Below the pieces are notes generated by a model, which saw only the letters and a list, made by a program, of their open reading frames with translations, did not search any database and had not been told where the DNA came from. The position numbers were made by a program, and so were the translations under genes. Positions 14,757 to 24,800 of a stretch of DNA of 32,000 nt are shown here, one piece after another. The stretch covers positions 1,620,001 to 1,652,000 of the forward strand of contig NC_004460.2 of assembly GCF_000039765.1 (NCBI RefSeq), read 5' to 3'. Origin of the DNA: Vibrio vulnificus CMCP6. Lineage in GTDB: Bacteria; Pseudomonadota; Gammaproteobacteria; Enterobacterales; Vibrionaceae. Numbering within the stretch: position 1 is the stretch's first letter; each line of letters opens with the position of its first letter.

Positions 14757-15557
14757 TCACTGGGGGAAGATCACTAAACCGCTGGCGAGGTGCAAAGCAC
14801 ACAACAGCGCCAAACCCAGGCCGGTGTAGTTAATCCACTTGGCAATATTGGGTTTTTGAATGGCGACCAGCGATGGCAGCACGGCGAACTCCCTGCCTCC
14901 CCAATCTCGGTTTTTGAAGTCAAAACAGAGGCTCAAAAACAAGAAATGACTGGCGGTAACAATGCGAGCGTGGAAGAAATCCTCCGCCTGCAACGCAATG
15001 GTCAGCGAGGCCAAATGCGCCAGCAGTATCGTCACTTTGGGCAAAATATAGCGATATTCCACCAACAACAGTTGCAACAGCCACAGGGTGTAAATCGCCT
15101 TTAGTTGCCACGGCACGGCGGTGCTAAACAACTGCAATTGCCCGGAGTCGAGTACTTGGGTTTGCCCGGCTTGGCTGATCCAGACCAAGATGGCAAAAGA
15201 CAAACAGACAGAGACAGCGAAAGATAACCACGCTTTCTTGCGCCTCTGCACCAATAAAAAGCCACCCGCCTGTAAAACAAAAAACACCATAAACGCTTTA
15301 TCCATCAGTGCCAAAGGAAGCAGATGAAGTAGAGCGACCACACAAAGCAGGTTGAAGCCACTTTCTAACAGCAATATCCGAGTGATTTCGGCTTGGTTAT
15401 CAACTGGTTTGACTAAGCGCCAAAATAGCACGGGTAACAGTAGTGTTAAGATCACGGCGGAAATCACCGACGACTGCACCGCTTGGTAGAAACCGCTGAA
15501 ATAGAGCAGCACCAGCAGGAAAAACAAAAGCGCAGAAAGGTGATTACGCATCGGCAT
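14757..15557 (-). CDS. Polytopic inner-membrane protein, unknown function
   Basis: About 265 aa with at least 7 hydrophobic spans. The start is probably ATG 15557 or 15551, and the latter forms ATGCGTAA with the stop of the upstream oxidoreductase gene. Confidence 0.6.
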   Translation of the reverse strand: MPMRNHLSALLFFLLVLLYFSGFYQAVQSSVISAVILTLLLPVLFWRLVKPVDNQAEITRILLLESGFNLLCVVALLHLLPLALMDKAFMVFFVLQAGGFLLVQRRKKAWLSFAVSVCLSFAILVWISQAGQTQVLDSGQLQLFSTAVPWQLKAIYTLWLLQLLLVEYRYILPKVTILLAHLASLTIALQAEDFFHARIVTASHFLFLSLCFDFKNRDWGGREFAVLPSLVAIQKPNIAKWINYTGLGLALLCALHLASGLVIFPQ

Positions 15558-17070
15558 GATAAGGCTCCTCGTGGCGATGGACGGTAATGCGTTTTTCAAG
15601 CGATTCCACTGCCAGTTTGGCGGTTTCTACACATCGTTCCATGGTCACAGGTACTCGCCAGGTTTGGCGCGGATCGGTCAGATATTCCCCAGCCAGAAAG
15701 ACGTTTTGGTAGCTATCGATCTCGATAGGAATTTGGCAATTGGCATCGGGGTGGGTGAGTGCGTGATCAGCCACCCAGCAGTGCGCCACACCGTTTTCGC
15801 CGATGACAGTAGGGCCGACGAATCGATTCGACGTTGCCTCATCGGCGTGTTTTTCCTTCCAATACAAGCCAGGCCCGACATGAAAACCCTGATATCCGAA
15901 GGTGGTGAGTAATGCGCTATTGCCAAAAATCTGAGTCACGATCTCTTGTTCAATCTGCTGTGGCGTGCAGGCGAGCAGCGGCTTGTTAAATGCGGTGCCT
16001 GCAGCGATATTGAGATCGGTGGCAGTGACTGAGAGGCAGTACAGCCCGTTGGGTTCTGGCTGAGTCAGGTGATAACTTAAGCCCCACGGCGAATCAATAA
16101 CAATTCCCACGGTTTTATCGCGTAAGATGTCGGGCAAGGTGGCGAAGTGAAACTGAAAACCGTGGCTAAGAACGTATCGGTAGCTGAACTGCACAGCGGT
16201 CGCAGAGAGCAGCGATTGGGTGACATGAATCGGCAGCGCCAAAATAAAGTAGTCCGCCTCAATCACCTCACCTTGGGACGAAAGCACATGGGTAATCTTA
16301 CCTTGCTCGCTATCTTCTATCAGCCGTTCTATCTCACAGCCGAGCCTAAACTGCACCGACTGTTGGCGTAAGTGTTCGGTTAATGGATTTATCACCGATT
16401 CTGAGATCGGGCGTCGATAGCCCAAACTGTAGGCATCGGGTGCATCGGAGTGAAACGGCCCTTCTTTGTTGTTGAGCAAATCCAAAACAGAGAGGGCGGG
16501 GCTGTGGTCTGTTGCGCCGATCCAACCCAGTAGGACTGGGCGCAAAAAGGCCGCCAATTTGGGTCTTTGGTTGTACTCGAAATAGCGCTCAAGAGGGGTT
16601 TTGAGTAACTCTGCGCTGTCAGGCAAGTTCTGTAAACGCGTTTTAAACCAATAAATATCAATGAGTGGAACCCCTGCGTAGTGCATGGCATAGGCAGATT
16701 TCATGTCGTCAATAAGCTTGTCTATCGGTGAAAAATAGCTGCGTTTGAACTGCATTGTTTTATCCGATTGCCCCCAATGAAACTGTACTTTCTGCTGGGG
16801 GTAGACGAAGTCAAAGCAAGTGCCGTTTTCGGTTGGTATTTCTTGCAAGAACGACAGTAAATGGATGTTTTTGGCGAAGAACTGCCGATGTGTCAGCTCA
16901 TGCACTTTGCCGTGATGCACCGCACCAATGCATTTTCCTCCGCTAAAGGGCAATTTATCGTAAACCGTGACGCGATAACCTTTCTTAATACATTCGTGTG
17001 CAGCCGCTAAACCTGAAATACCGGCCCCTAAAATCGCAATGTGTGGGGGAGTGTTTGATTTGTTATTCAT
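15544..17070 (-). CDS. FAD/NAD(P)-dependent oxidoreductase (amine-oxidase / desaturase-like)
   Basis: 508 aa. The N-terminal Rossmann dinucleotide motif is IAILGAGISGLAAAHECIKKGYRVTVYDK, followed by GGK. The C-terminal FLAGEY is typical of the flavin amine-oxidase fold. Confidence 0.75.
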   Translation of the reverse strand: MNNKSNTPPHIAILGAGISGLAAAHECIKKGYRVTVYDKLPFSGGKCIGAVHHGKVHELTHRQFFAKNIHLLSFLQEIPTENGTCFDFVYPQQKVQFHWGQSDKTMQFKRSYFSPIDKLIDDMKSAYAMHYAGVPLIDIYWFKTRLQNLPDSAELLKTPLERYFEYNQRPKLAAFLRPVLLGWIGATDHSPALSVLDLLNNKEGPFHSDAPDAYSLGYRRPISESVINPLTEHLRQQSVQFRLGCEIERLIEDSEQGKITHVLSSQGEVIEADYFILALPIHVTQSLLSATAVQFSYRYVLSHGFQFHFATLPDILRDKTVGIVIDSPWGLSYHLTQPEPNGLYCLSVTATDLNIAAGTAFNKPLLACTPQQIEQEIVTQIFGNSALLTTFGYQGFHVGPGLYWKEKHADEATSNRFVGPTVIGENGVAHCWVADHALTHPDANCQIPIEIDSYQNVFLAGEYLTDPRQTWRVPVTMERCVETAKLAVESLEKRITVHRHEEPYHADA

Positions 17071-17253
17071 TGTAATCTCGGTGATGTGTGTTGCGCTGTT
17101 CGTCCCTGTCCGTTGTGGCGGTTAAATGACATATAAATCCAAGCTTTATATGAAATGGGTGGGTCACTGCTCTTTCGACTTCTCCCCCCTTTCTCAATCT
17201 AGGACTTGAGTGAGGGCGTAAAGACGTACGTTGAAACGGTGACTCTATGCAAA

Positions 17254-17276
17254 TCGCCAGATCCGAAGATCTGGCG
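17254..17276 (-). terminator. Hairpin 3' of the small secreted-protein gene
   Basis: CGCCAGATC-TTCG-GATCTGGCG is a perfect 9-bp stem, but the U-tract is weak (ATTTGCAT). Confidence 0.45.
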
Positions 17277-17304
17277 GCTGATTTGGTAGGCGTTCGTGTG
17301 GAAG

Positions 17305-17727
17305 TTAGAAGCTACGTTGCATATTTACGCGGTTCGCCACTTCCAAATATTCAAAGATATGGGTGGGAATGTTTTGCAAAAATGCGGTTAGATCGACTTC
17401 CATTGCCTCGGTAAAGCCAGCGCGGCATGGGAATGGGTCGGTGTTACCCACAATAAGCAGCTTCGGTGTTTTTCCTTCCCAAATGAGTTTTGCTTCGTAT
17501 TCAGGATTATCGACTTCAACAACACATGTATTTACTTCTGAACGGAAAATCCCATCTTTGATGGTATAGCCATTGTAAAAAGTGATTGGTGTTTTTGAAG
17601 AGGTTGGGAAAGTGACTGGTGCGTCTGGCACCGAACTGCCTTCACCAGGAAAAGTAATGGCTGTGTTTGCAGAGGCAACAGATGAAGCAATAAGTGTCAG
17701 TAGGCCAAGTAATTTTATCGTTTTCAT
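17305..17727 (-). CDS. Small secreted protein, unknown function
   Basis: The likely start MKTIKLLGLLTLIASSVASA (signal peptide) has an AGGAAG Shine-Dalgarno. The protein is 140 aa with two Cys. No family is recognisable by eye. Confidence 0.55.
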   Translation of the reverse strand: MKTIKLLGLLTLIASSVASANTAITFPGEGSSVPDAPVTFPTSSKTPITFYNGYTIKDGIFRSEVNTCVVEVDNPEYEAKLIWEGKTPKLLIVGNTDPFPCRAGFTEAMEVDLTAFLQNIPTHIFEYLEVANRVNMQRSF

Positions 17728-18163
17728 GATACTTCCTATTTTTTTAGTTTGGGAACATTCCCAGATGGAAATGTATAGCACAAGTAAATGAGAATGAATA
17801 TCAATTGTATTTATTTTGGCAGAGTGTCACATATTATTTTTTTATGTGTGGTTGATTATTGATAGTTTTAACGCAGTGAGGGCTTTTCTGATTTCGGATT
17901 GGTTGTTTTTTGTTCTTTTTTACAAAATGTCATTTTCCATTTTTGAAAAATAGACCGAGAGAAAACAGCGAAATGTTTTTAAAACAGTATGTTATGCCAA
18001 ATTTATCCTAAATTAGAGCTGGCTAATTTAGTGGTATGTTATGTAAGTGTCAGGGCAGAAAATAATTTATGACGTGGCAATAACAGAATTTTCCTACAAG
18101 CAATTAAGCTGTGTGTCTTACAAAACAGACAAGGAGTGTTGTTGATAAAAAGAGAAAGTAAAC

Positions 18164-18751
18164 ATGACAGTAGAAAAAGTATTGATTATCGACTCACAAC
18201 CCCTTTACGCAAGAGCGCTCTCCTCATTGGTCAAAGAGGTGATTAATCCCCTTGAAGTGACCATTACGACAAACACTAAGCAGATCCTCGACTGTGTGCG
18301 CGAGGAAAATGTGGACCTGATCATCATGGACGTTTTAATTGAAGGCCGAGATGGCATCAGTTTAGCGAAGTCAATTTTTGCCAACGGTTATGTTGGAAAA
18401 CTGCTTTTTGTCTCTTCCAATGACTATGACAGCCTGTCCAACGTAGCGTATACCATCGGCGCGCATGGGTATTTGACCAAGTACGCGAGTCAATCAACAC
18501 TTAGCAATGCCATTGTTAACGTGCTGAAAGGGTATACGATGTTTAAAGCTCAACCTGCTCAGTCTGATCAACAAGCGTTATCTGAACGCGAAGTCACGGT
18601 GCTGAGTTACCTAATGCAAGGCTACAGTAATCAGAAGATCTCCGAGCTTTTGATGCTGAGCAACAAAACCATCAGCACCTACAAAGCTCGAATTTTGAAG
18701 AAGTACAACGCGAAGTCCATTGTCGAAATCGCGGAAATCCATCGCTCCTAA
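18164..18751 (+). CDS. NarL/FixJ(LuxR)-type response regulator
   Basis: The REC domain shows VLIIDSQP (DS instead of the acidic pair DD), DLIIMDV, FVSS and YLTK. The C-terminal LuxR-type helix-turn-helix is LSEREVTVLSYLMQGYSNQKISELLMLSNKTISTYKARILKK. Confidence 0.85.
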   Translation: MTVEKVLIIDSQPLYARALSSLVKEVINPLEVTITTNTKQILDCVREENVDLIIMDVLIEGRDGISLAKSIFANGYVGKLLFVSSNDYDSLSNVAYTIGAHGYLTKYASQSTLSNAIVNVLKGYTMFKAQPAQSDQQALSEREVTVLSYLMQGYSNQKISELLMLSNKTISTYKARILKKYNAKSIVEIAEIHRS

Positions 18752-18834
18752 GTTCTGTTTTAGATGTTTGCGAATTGCCAATCCCCATTCGTGCAGATAA
18801 CGTCGATAAACGATGGGGATGGTGAAGCAAACCA

Positions 18835-20190
18835 CTATCGGCGGCTCTCCTTGGCTTTATAGAGCGCTTCATCTGCTTGCATCATCAATTCTTGCAATGT
18901 TTCGCCTTGTGCTCGCGTGGCAACCCCTGCGCTTACTGCAATCGTAAGATCTTTATAAGGTAGAGTGCTGTTTTTTAAATGCTGCTTGAGCTTTCCAACC
19001 AGTTCACTGGCTTTCCTGTGGTCACAATCTGGCAATATCGCCAAAAATTCATCTCCTCCGGTTCGAATGAGGAAATCACCACGGCGAAATGTGGCCTTCA
19101 TGGATTTACCGACTTGGCAAATCACTTCATCACCGACGTGATGGCCAAAGGTGTCGTTGATGTTTTTAAAACCGTCGCCATCAATGGCGATCACCGTGTA
19201 TTGAGAATCTTCCAGCGTGTCTTTAAACAGAGTGTCATTGAAGATCTTTCGATTGTGCAGCCCGGTTAGCTCGTCTTTGATCACCTCGGAAGAGACTTCA
19301 TCTAACTGCTGTTTTCTGGTTTTGGATTGTTCATACAGACTCAAGTAGACAAAAAACAACAGCAGAAAAACGAAAAACAAATACGAATAATCAATCACCA
19401 ATTTTGAAAGTGGGTAGGAAAATAAGAAAATGGTTTTGTTATCCGCAATGTAGGTTTTGGTGTAGGCAAACTTAGCTAAAGGATAGCCATTGTAGGTTAA
19501 CAGCGTGGTTTTAAACCCTTGGTTGTAGATAGTTTCCACATTTCTGTCTTTGAGGTCGTAAAAAAGGCTAAAGACGTATTCGCCGACAATTTCATTTTCC
19601 TCTTCGCTTGAATAGACAGGGCTAGAGACAGAAATTAAGTTTTCTCCTAGATCGCTGTCGTGGTAGATGGTGGACACCACTGCGCGATCCAACAGTTGAT
19701 CTGGCCATGCGTACTGAGTGCAGACAAATTGTGTTTTACACCAGTTTTCGCTGAACTTGCGCGCATCGACTTTGAAGCCGTTGACTTTGCGATCAAGCAG
19801 ATACTTTTTACCGGAGTAAGAGCGGTAATAAAAAACGGAATTTTTATTATTAAACAAGCTCATGAAATAGTTTCTTGTTTCATGCATGGTTTTATAGGCA
19901 ACCGCTTCATAATAATCCAATTCTGAATTGTCTATGGCGTAAATATACTCTTCAAACGAACGTTGAGTGGATTGAATGATGTTCTTCCTATCCTTTTTCT
20001 CAGAGGCATTGATGTTGGATTGGGTTAATAAGCCCATGGTTACCACGTAGTTTTTAATACTTTCTAAACGGTCTGCGTGCCTATCAAATCGCTCCACTTC
20101 AATGGAAACGGCATAAATAGCCAGTGCAATTAAACACGATAAAAAAGAAAGTGTGGCAAACAAAAAGGCCAGGCTTAAACTTTTTTTCAT
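18835..20190 (-). CDS. Membrane-anchored diguanylate cyclase (GGDEF) with a periplasmic sensor domain
   Basis: The first transmembrane span is near the N-terminus, followed by a ~230-aa extracytoplasmic region and a second span (YLFFVFLLLFFVYLSLY). GGDEF domain elements are TGLHNR, IDGDGFKNINDTFGHHVGD and an intact GGDEF. An RxxD I-site (RRGD) lies 5 residues upstream. Confidence 0.9.
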   Translation of the reverse strand: MKKSLSLAFLFATLSFLSCLIALAIYAVSIEVERFDRHADRLESIKNYVVTMGLLTQSNINASEKKDRKNIIQSTQRSFEEYIYAIDNSELDYYEAVAYKTMHETRNYFMSLFNNKNSVFYYRSYSGKKYLLDRKVNGFKVDARKFSENWCKTQFVCTQYAWPDQLLDRAVVSTIYHDSDLGENLISVSSPVYSSEEENEIVGEYVFSLFYDLKDRNVETIYNQGFKTTLLTYNGYPLAKFAYTKTYIADNKTIFLFSYPLSKLVIDYSYLFFVFLLLFFVYLSLYEQSKTRKQQLDEVSSEVIKDELTGLHNRKIFNDTLFKDTLEDSQYTVIAIDGDGFKNINDTFGHHVGDEVICQVGKSMKATFRRGDFLIRTGGDEFLAILPDCDHRKASELVGKLKQHLKNSTLPYKDLTIAVSAGVATRAQGETLQELMMQADEALYKAKESRR

Positions 20191-20224
20191 TTTCTTTCTC
20201 GGCTGATGGTGGTGATTGTTATTT

Positions 20225-20717
20225 TTATAGTGAAACGAGTTTTGCTAAATCAACGATGTTTTCGACATTGAATTTATTCAGCAATCGCCGTTTGTAGGTA
20301 CTAATGGTTTTATCGCTGATCGACAAAATTTTGGCTATTTCACGGTTGGTTTTTCCTTTTAAAAGGTAATTCATTACGGCCGCTTCTCGGTCTGAAAGTT
20401 CTGGTTGAGCTTGGTTGACCGCAGAATTAGGCTTGAATTTGAAAAAGGTGTAACCGTTGATCACCGCGTCGATAGCGTCTTTCAAAATGCGTTGATCTTC
20501 GGATTTGCACACATAACCATCCGCGCCTAAGCGAAAGGCTATTTCGCTAAACAGCTGGCTGGTTTCCGCGGAAAAGAAGATCACTTTGCCTTTATAACCG
20601 TGGGATTTGATGCGTCTTAAGAAGTCAAATCCATCACAGTCTGAAAGATTAACGTCTTGATAGCGAAACAGACCATTGGGTGATCATCAAAGATCAGGCA
20701 GTTGACTTTATTTATCA
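20225..20717 (-). pseudogene. NarL/LuxR-type response regulator, disrupted by an internal deletion plus frameshift in the REC domain
   Basis: From ATG 20717 the sequence reads MINKVNCLIFDDHPMVCFAIK, then runs to a stop (20616). A different frame continues ..YQDVNLSDCDGFDFLRRIKSHGYKGKVIFFSAE.. into the 20225-20584 ORF, which carries the LuxR helix-turn-helix LSDREAAVMNYLLKGKTNREIAKILSISDKTISTYKRRL. About 35-40 residues normally found between the DD pair and the phospho-acceptor Asp are missing. Confidence 0.75.
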
Positions 20718-20719
20718 TG

Positions 20720-21880
20720 CTATGCGCTCAATATATTGATTGCCTCAATCGGCATCGGTTTGTTAAAGAGATAACCTTGGCAAACGTCGATATTGTATTT
20801 TTTCAACATGTTCCAAGTGGATTGTTTTTCAACGCCTTCGGCGACGATTTTTAAATTTAAACTTTTCGCCAGTCCGCAAATGGAATTGACAATTTTCTGC
20901 TTTTTGCTGTCTATTTCCATTTCGGAGACAAACGAGCGATCGATTTTCAGTTCGTTAAAAGGCAGCAGGGAAAGTTTCTCGAGAGAGGAGTGCCCTGTTC
21001 CAAAATCATCAATAGAGACATTGACGCCGTTGAGGCGCAGTTTTGCCAAGTTTTTATACAGTGCCACGCTGTTGCTAAACGACGTGTTTTCCGTAATTTC
21101 AATAGTAAAAACGCTTGGCTCCACCTGATTTTCTAGGCACTTAGCGATAAAACGCTCGCTGAAGTTGCCATCTTCGATATTGATTTGATCCGCATTGATT
21201 GAGATACGCTGGCCTTGGTTGATGTGCCTTGCGTCGCGAATGGCGTTATCCGTGACAATATCAAACAGCTCATGTGAGAGATTGCATCGCTCGACGATGG
21301 GCAAAAAGTGCGCAGGAGAGAGCATGCCGTGGATAGGGTGCAACCATCTTGCCAGGGCTTCATAACCAACCACGTCACCAGTGCGGCAATCCACTAACGG
21401 TTGGTAGTAGTTTTTTACACGGCCATTGGCCAAATCGAACAAGAACTCTTGATCGCTCACATCGATTCTTCGACGCAATTTTCGTGCAGGCTTTAGGGCG
21501 TTGGCGGCGTTGTCCAGTAACTGCTGAATGTCGTTATTGGAGTAAGGCTTGCTAATCTTGCCTAACACTTGAAACGAAAAGTTTTCACACATGGCTGAAA
21601 CGGCAGAAATAATCGGGCGGTCCAGCGCACTGATCAACGCGACATTGCCTGTGTATTTCTGTTCATTCAGTGAGATCAACAAGTCAATGCCATCGCTGTG
21701 TGGCATGTCTAAATCACAGAAGACGAAATCGTAGTGATCATCAGACAAGGTGCTCAAGGCACTCGCCACGGTTTGCTCGGTGGCAACACGGGTATTGGGT
21801 ATTTTTGCCAGTTGTTGTTTCATCAAAGTCAGATGGATCGGATGATCATCAACAACCAATATTTTCAAATCATTACGCAT
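20720..21880 (-). CDS. Response regulator with an EAL c-di-GMP phosphodiesterase domain (REC-EAL)
   Basis: The likely start MRNDLKILVVDDHP at 21880 overlaps the kinase stop (ATGCGTAA). The REC Asp is in FVFCDLDMP. EAL domain motifs are YEALARW, EITE, DDFGTGHSSL, LKIDRSF, EGVE and QGYLF. Confidence 0.9.
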   Translation of the reverse strand: MRNDLKILVVDDHPIHLTLMKQQLAKIPNTRVATEQTVASALSTLSDDHYDFVFCDLDMPHSDGIDLLISLNEQKYTGNVALISALDRPIISAVSAMCENFSFQVLGKISKPYSNNDIQQLLDNAANALKPARKLRRRIDVSDQEFLFDLANGRVKNYYQPLVDCRTGDVVGYEALARWLHPIHGMLSPAHFLPIVERCNLSHELFDIVTDNAIRDARHINQGQRISINADQINIEDGNFSERFIAKCLENQVEPSVFTIEITENTSFSNSVALYKNLAKLRLNGVNVSIDDFGTGHSSLEKLSLLPFNELKIDRSFVSEMEIDSKKQKIVNSICGLAKSLNLKIVAEGVEKQSTWNMLKKYNIDVCQGYLFNKPMPIEAINILSA

Positions 21881-24800
21881 AGCTTTCCATCCACATGATT
21901 GTTCGGTTAATTTCCGCATCCAGTTCAGAGATCACTTTCTCCACCAACGCGGGTTTGTGCGCCATGTCCACTGATTCAGCGTCTTCACAAAGGGCGACAA
22001 TGTGCTGAATGCCCAGCGCGCCACATGCGCCTTTTACCTTGTGCACTGCCGCTCTCATTTGGTGGCCACTCTCCGCTTGTTTCAGTTGCGTTAAGTCTTT
22101 GGCCATTTCGACAATGAAGACTTTCGCCACTTCTTGGGCGTCGTTTTCCGAGAACTTATCGAGCCAGTTTTCTCGAGCCTTTGGTTTGGCGAGGTAGCGC
22201 GCCAATAATGCGCCGAGTTGTTTCAGGTCATAGGGTTTATACAAAATTTCATTGATGCCACTTTGCATCGATTTCTCATTGGCGATTCTCGAGTCTTCAG
22301 CGGTCACGCCGACAACCGGAAGCGTGGCAAAGCGCTCGTTCGCACGTAATGTTCTCACTAACTCATAGCCATCCATTTCTGGCATATGGAAGTCGGTTAG
22401 TAACAGGGCAACATCGCCGTGCTGTTTCATGTAGTTCAGCGCTTCGACGCCGTTGTTGACCACAATGGGGGTGAGCCCCAACTCGGCAAATTGCATTTTG
22501 ACAATGTGCTGGTTGATCTTGTTGTCCTCCGCCACGAGCACCTTGCCTGCCAGTGTGTCCATCGGGATATCCTCGATGTGGCGTTCTTGCTCTGCACTGG
22601 TCATCTTTAGTAAGCAATCCAATAACGCATCTGGGTATTGCGTGCATTCCAGTGCGCTGTTTCTCTGACAGCCGCTTGGCTGGCAACTGAGCGTGTTGCA
22701 TTCACCGCTTAGCCCCTTGTTTACGCTTGGGTTAGCGTCGTTTTTGACCAGCCCCCAGCATTGACACCAATCCTGAATGACCGTAGGTAATTGTGACGAA
22801 TAGCTTAAGGCGTTCAGCTCAGGATAAGCGCCTTCACACAGGGTCAGTGGCAGTTCAATGTCAACTTGGGTCCCGACATTCAACGCACTGTGCAACGCGA
22901 TGTGACCACCCATTTGCTTCAACAGTTGTTCAACAATGGCCAATCCCAATCCTGTCCCGCCAAATTGTCTGGTGATGGAGTCATCAGCTTGAACAAAGGG
23001 CTTGAAGATATTGGCCAGTTGCTCTTGCGTCATACCAATACCAGTGTCTTTGATGGTCAGAAGTAATCGCTCGTCGACCACTTGCGCTGTCAGCGTAATG
23101 TCTCCTTGTTCAGTAAACTTGATGGCATTGGAAATCAAATTACTGACGATCTGGTTAAATCTGAGATCATCAATCATCGCCCACCTCAATGAGAACGGAA
23201 TGATGTTCACCGTGTAGTCCAGCCCTTTGCTGTTGGCTTTGGCTTCAAACCCGCGCAAGGTTTGGCTCAACAGACGCAACAGTTCATTTTTCGCTGGATG
23301 AATCTGCAACTCGCCCGCTTCCAGTTTTGAGTAATCAAGTACCTCATCCACCAACAGATTGAGGTGGTTTAGCGACTGCTTGGCTCGTAACACCAACTCT
23401 TTGTCTCGTTCGCTGGTGGAGTGGGTTGCCACCAAATCGAGCAAGCCATAAGTCGCGGCGAGTGGCGTCCTCAATTCATGGCTCATGGTTGCCAAGAATC
23501 GCTCGCGTGCTTTCACTGCACTTTGTGCTTCATGCTGAGCGGCGATCAGTGCGGCCTCGCGCTCTTTTTGCGCCGTCACATCTTGCAATACGGTTAAAAC
23601 GAACTGCTTGCGATGATCTAAAGAGCGAATGGCTTTGCGCTCGCGATAAATGTGCTCAATTTGCAAATCACAATTGACGGTCTGGCTGTACTCTTTGATT
23701 CGTTTACCGCTCAGGACTTGCTGCACTTCCTCGAAATCACCAACGAGTGAGATTTGTGTTGCGGCGTTCTTAATTTGGCAATTCGTGCAGTGGCCTTTGA
23801 GATACTCAGAGCAGTTGCTAAGAACCAGTTGTCCCTTATCATCATGAATAAAAACCTTGTTATTCAGTTCTTGAATGATTTGGGTTAACCACTGTTTCTC
23901 TTTCTCTTCATTGTCGGCGTTAATTTCCGCTAAGCTCACTTTGAGCTTCATATTGGTAATCACGAAATAAATAATGATCGCAATAATGATTAATAAAACC
24001 GATATGATAATGGCAGAAAAAATAACGGTTTCTGAGTCGTAGCCATACGTGAGATTAAAGTCTCGATAACTTTTGTTTATTTTCTCGATTTCTTTACTAT
24101 CGATGGTGTCGATAATGCTATCGAGCAGTTTATTTAACTTAATGTCATGATTAGACACAGAAAATGCGATTGAAAAACGTTTCTCTTGAGATTTGTCGAT
24201 TTTCAATTGCCCTTTATTGAACTGAGATAAAAGGCTGTAAAGCACATCATCAGATAAATATGCCGATTGAATTTTTCCGTCTTCCAAATCCTTCATCAGC
24301 TTTTTAATGTCAGAATATTCTCTGAAGTTTTCATTATTCCAAGCGTTGATATGGATCAGCCCTTGCTTTTGTAAGCTGAGTAAAATGCCAGAGATCGGTT
24401 TTCTATTATTAATGGCTTTAGCTGAAGCCAACTCCACTTTGTGAAACTTTATCTGCATAAAGGGCTTAGTGAGGAGCCAATTAGGTGATTCCACACGATC
24501 AATGTAGGCAACAGGAATAATATTGGCATTGAACGTAGCAAGCTCTTGATTGTATTCAAATATAGGGCTCTTATATTCAAAATCTAAACCAGAACGTGAC
24601 TGGATCAAATCGAGAAAATCGGCTAATAACCCTCTTTGTTCACCATTGTCTGATATTTCAAAAAATGGGTAGGCGTTATTGCTGGTGCTGAATGTGATGA
24701 CAGAATCGTCATGATGCTCCCTGCGATATTCAGAAAGAAGCCTGTCATTAAGATGGTAAAGATTATTCGATGCAACCGAGCGAATATTCTTGCCTTTCAC

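Noticed and set aside
15544-21880. The identical 8-nt overlap ATGCGTAA at two gene junctions (15544-15551 and 21873-21880).
   Set aside because: Each case is a plausible stop/start coupling on its own. The identity of the octamer is most simply coincidence, because the flanking sequences are unrelated.
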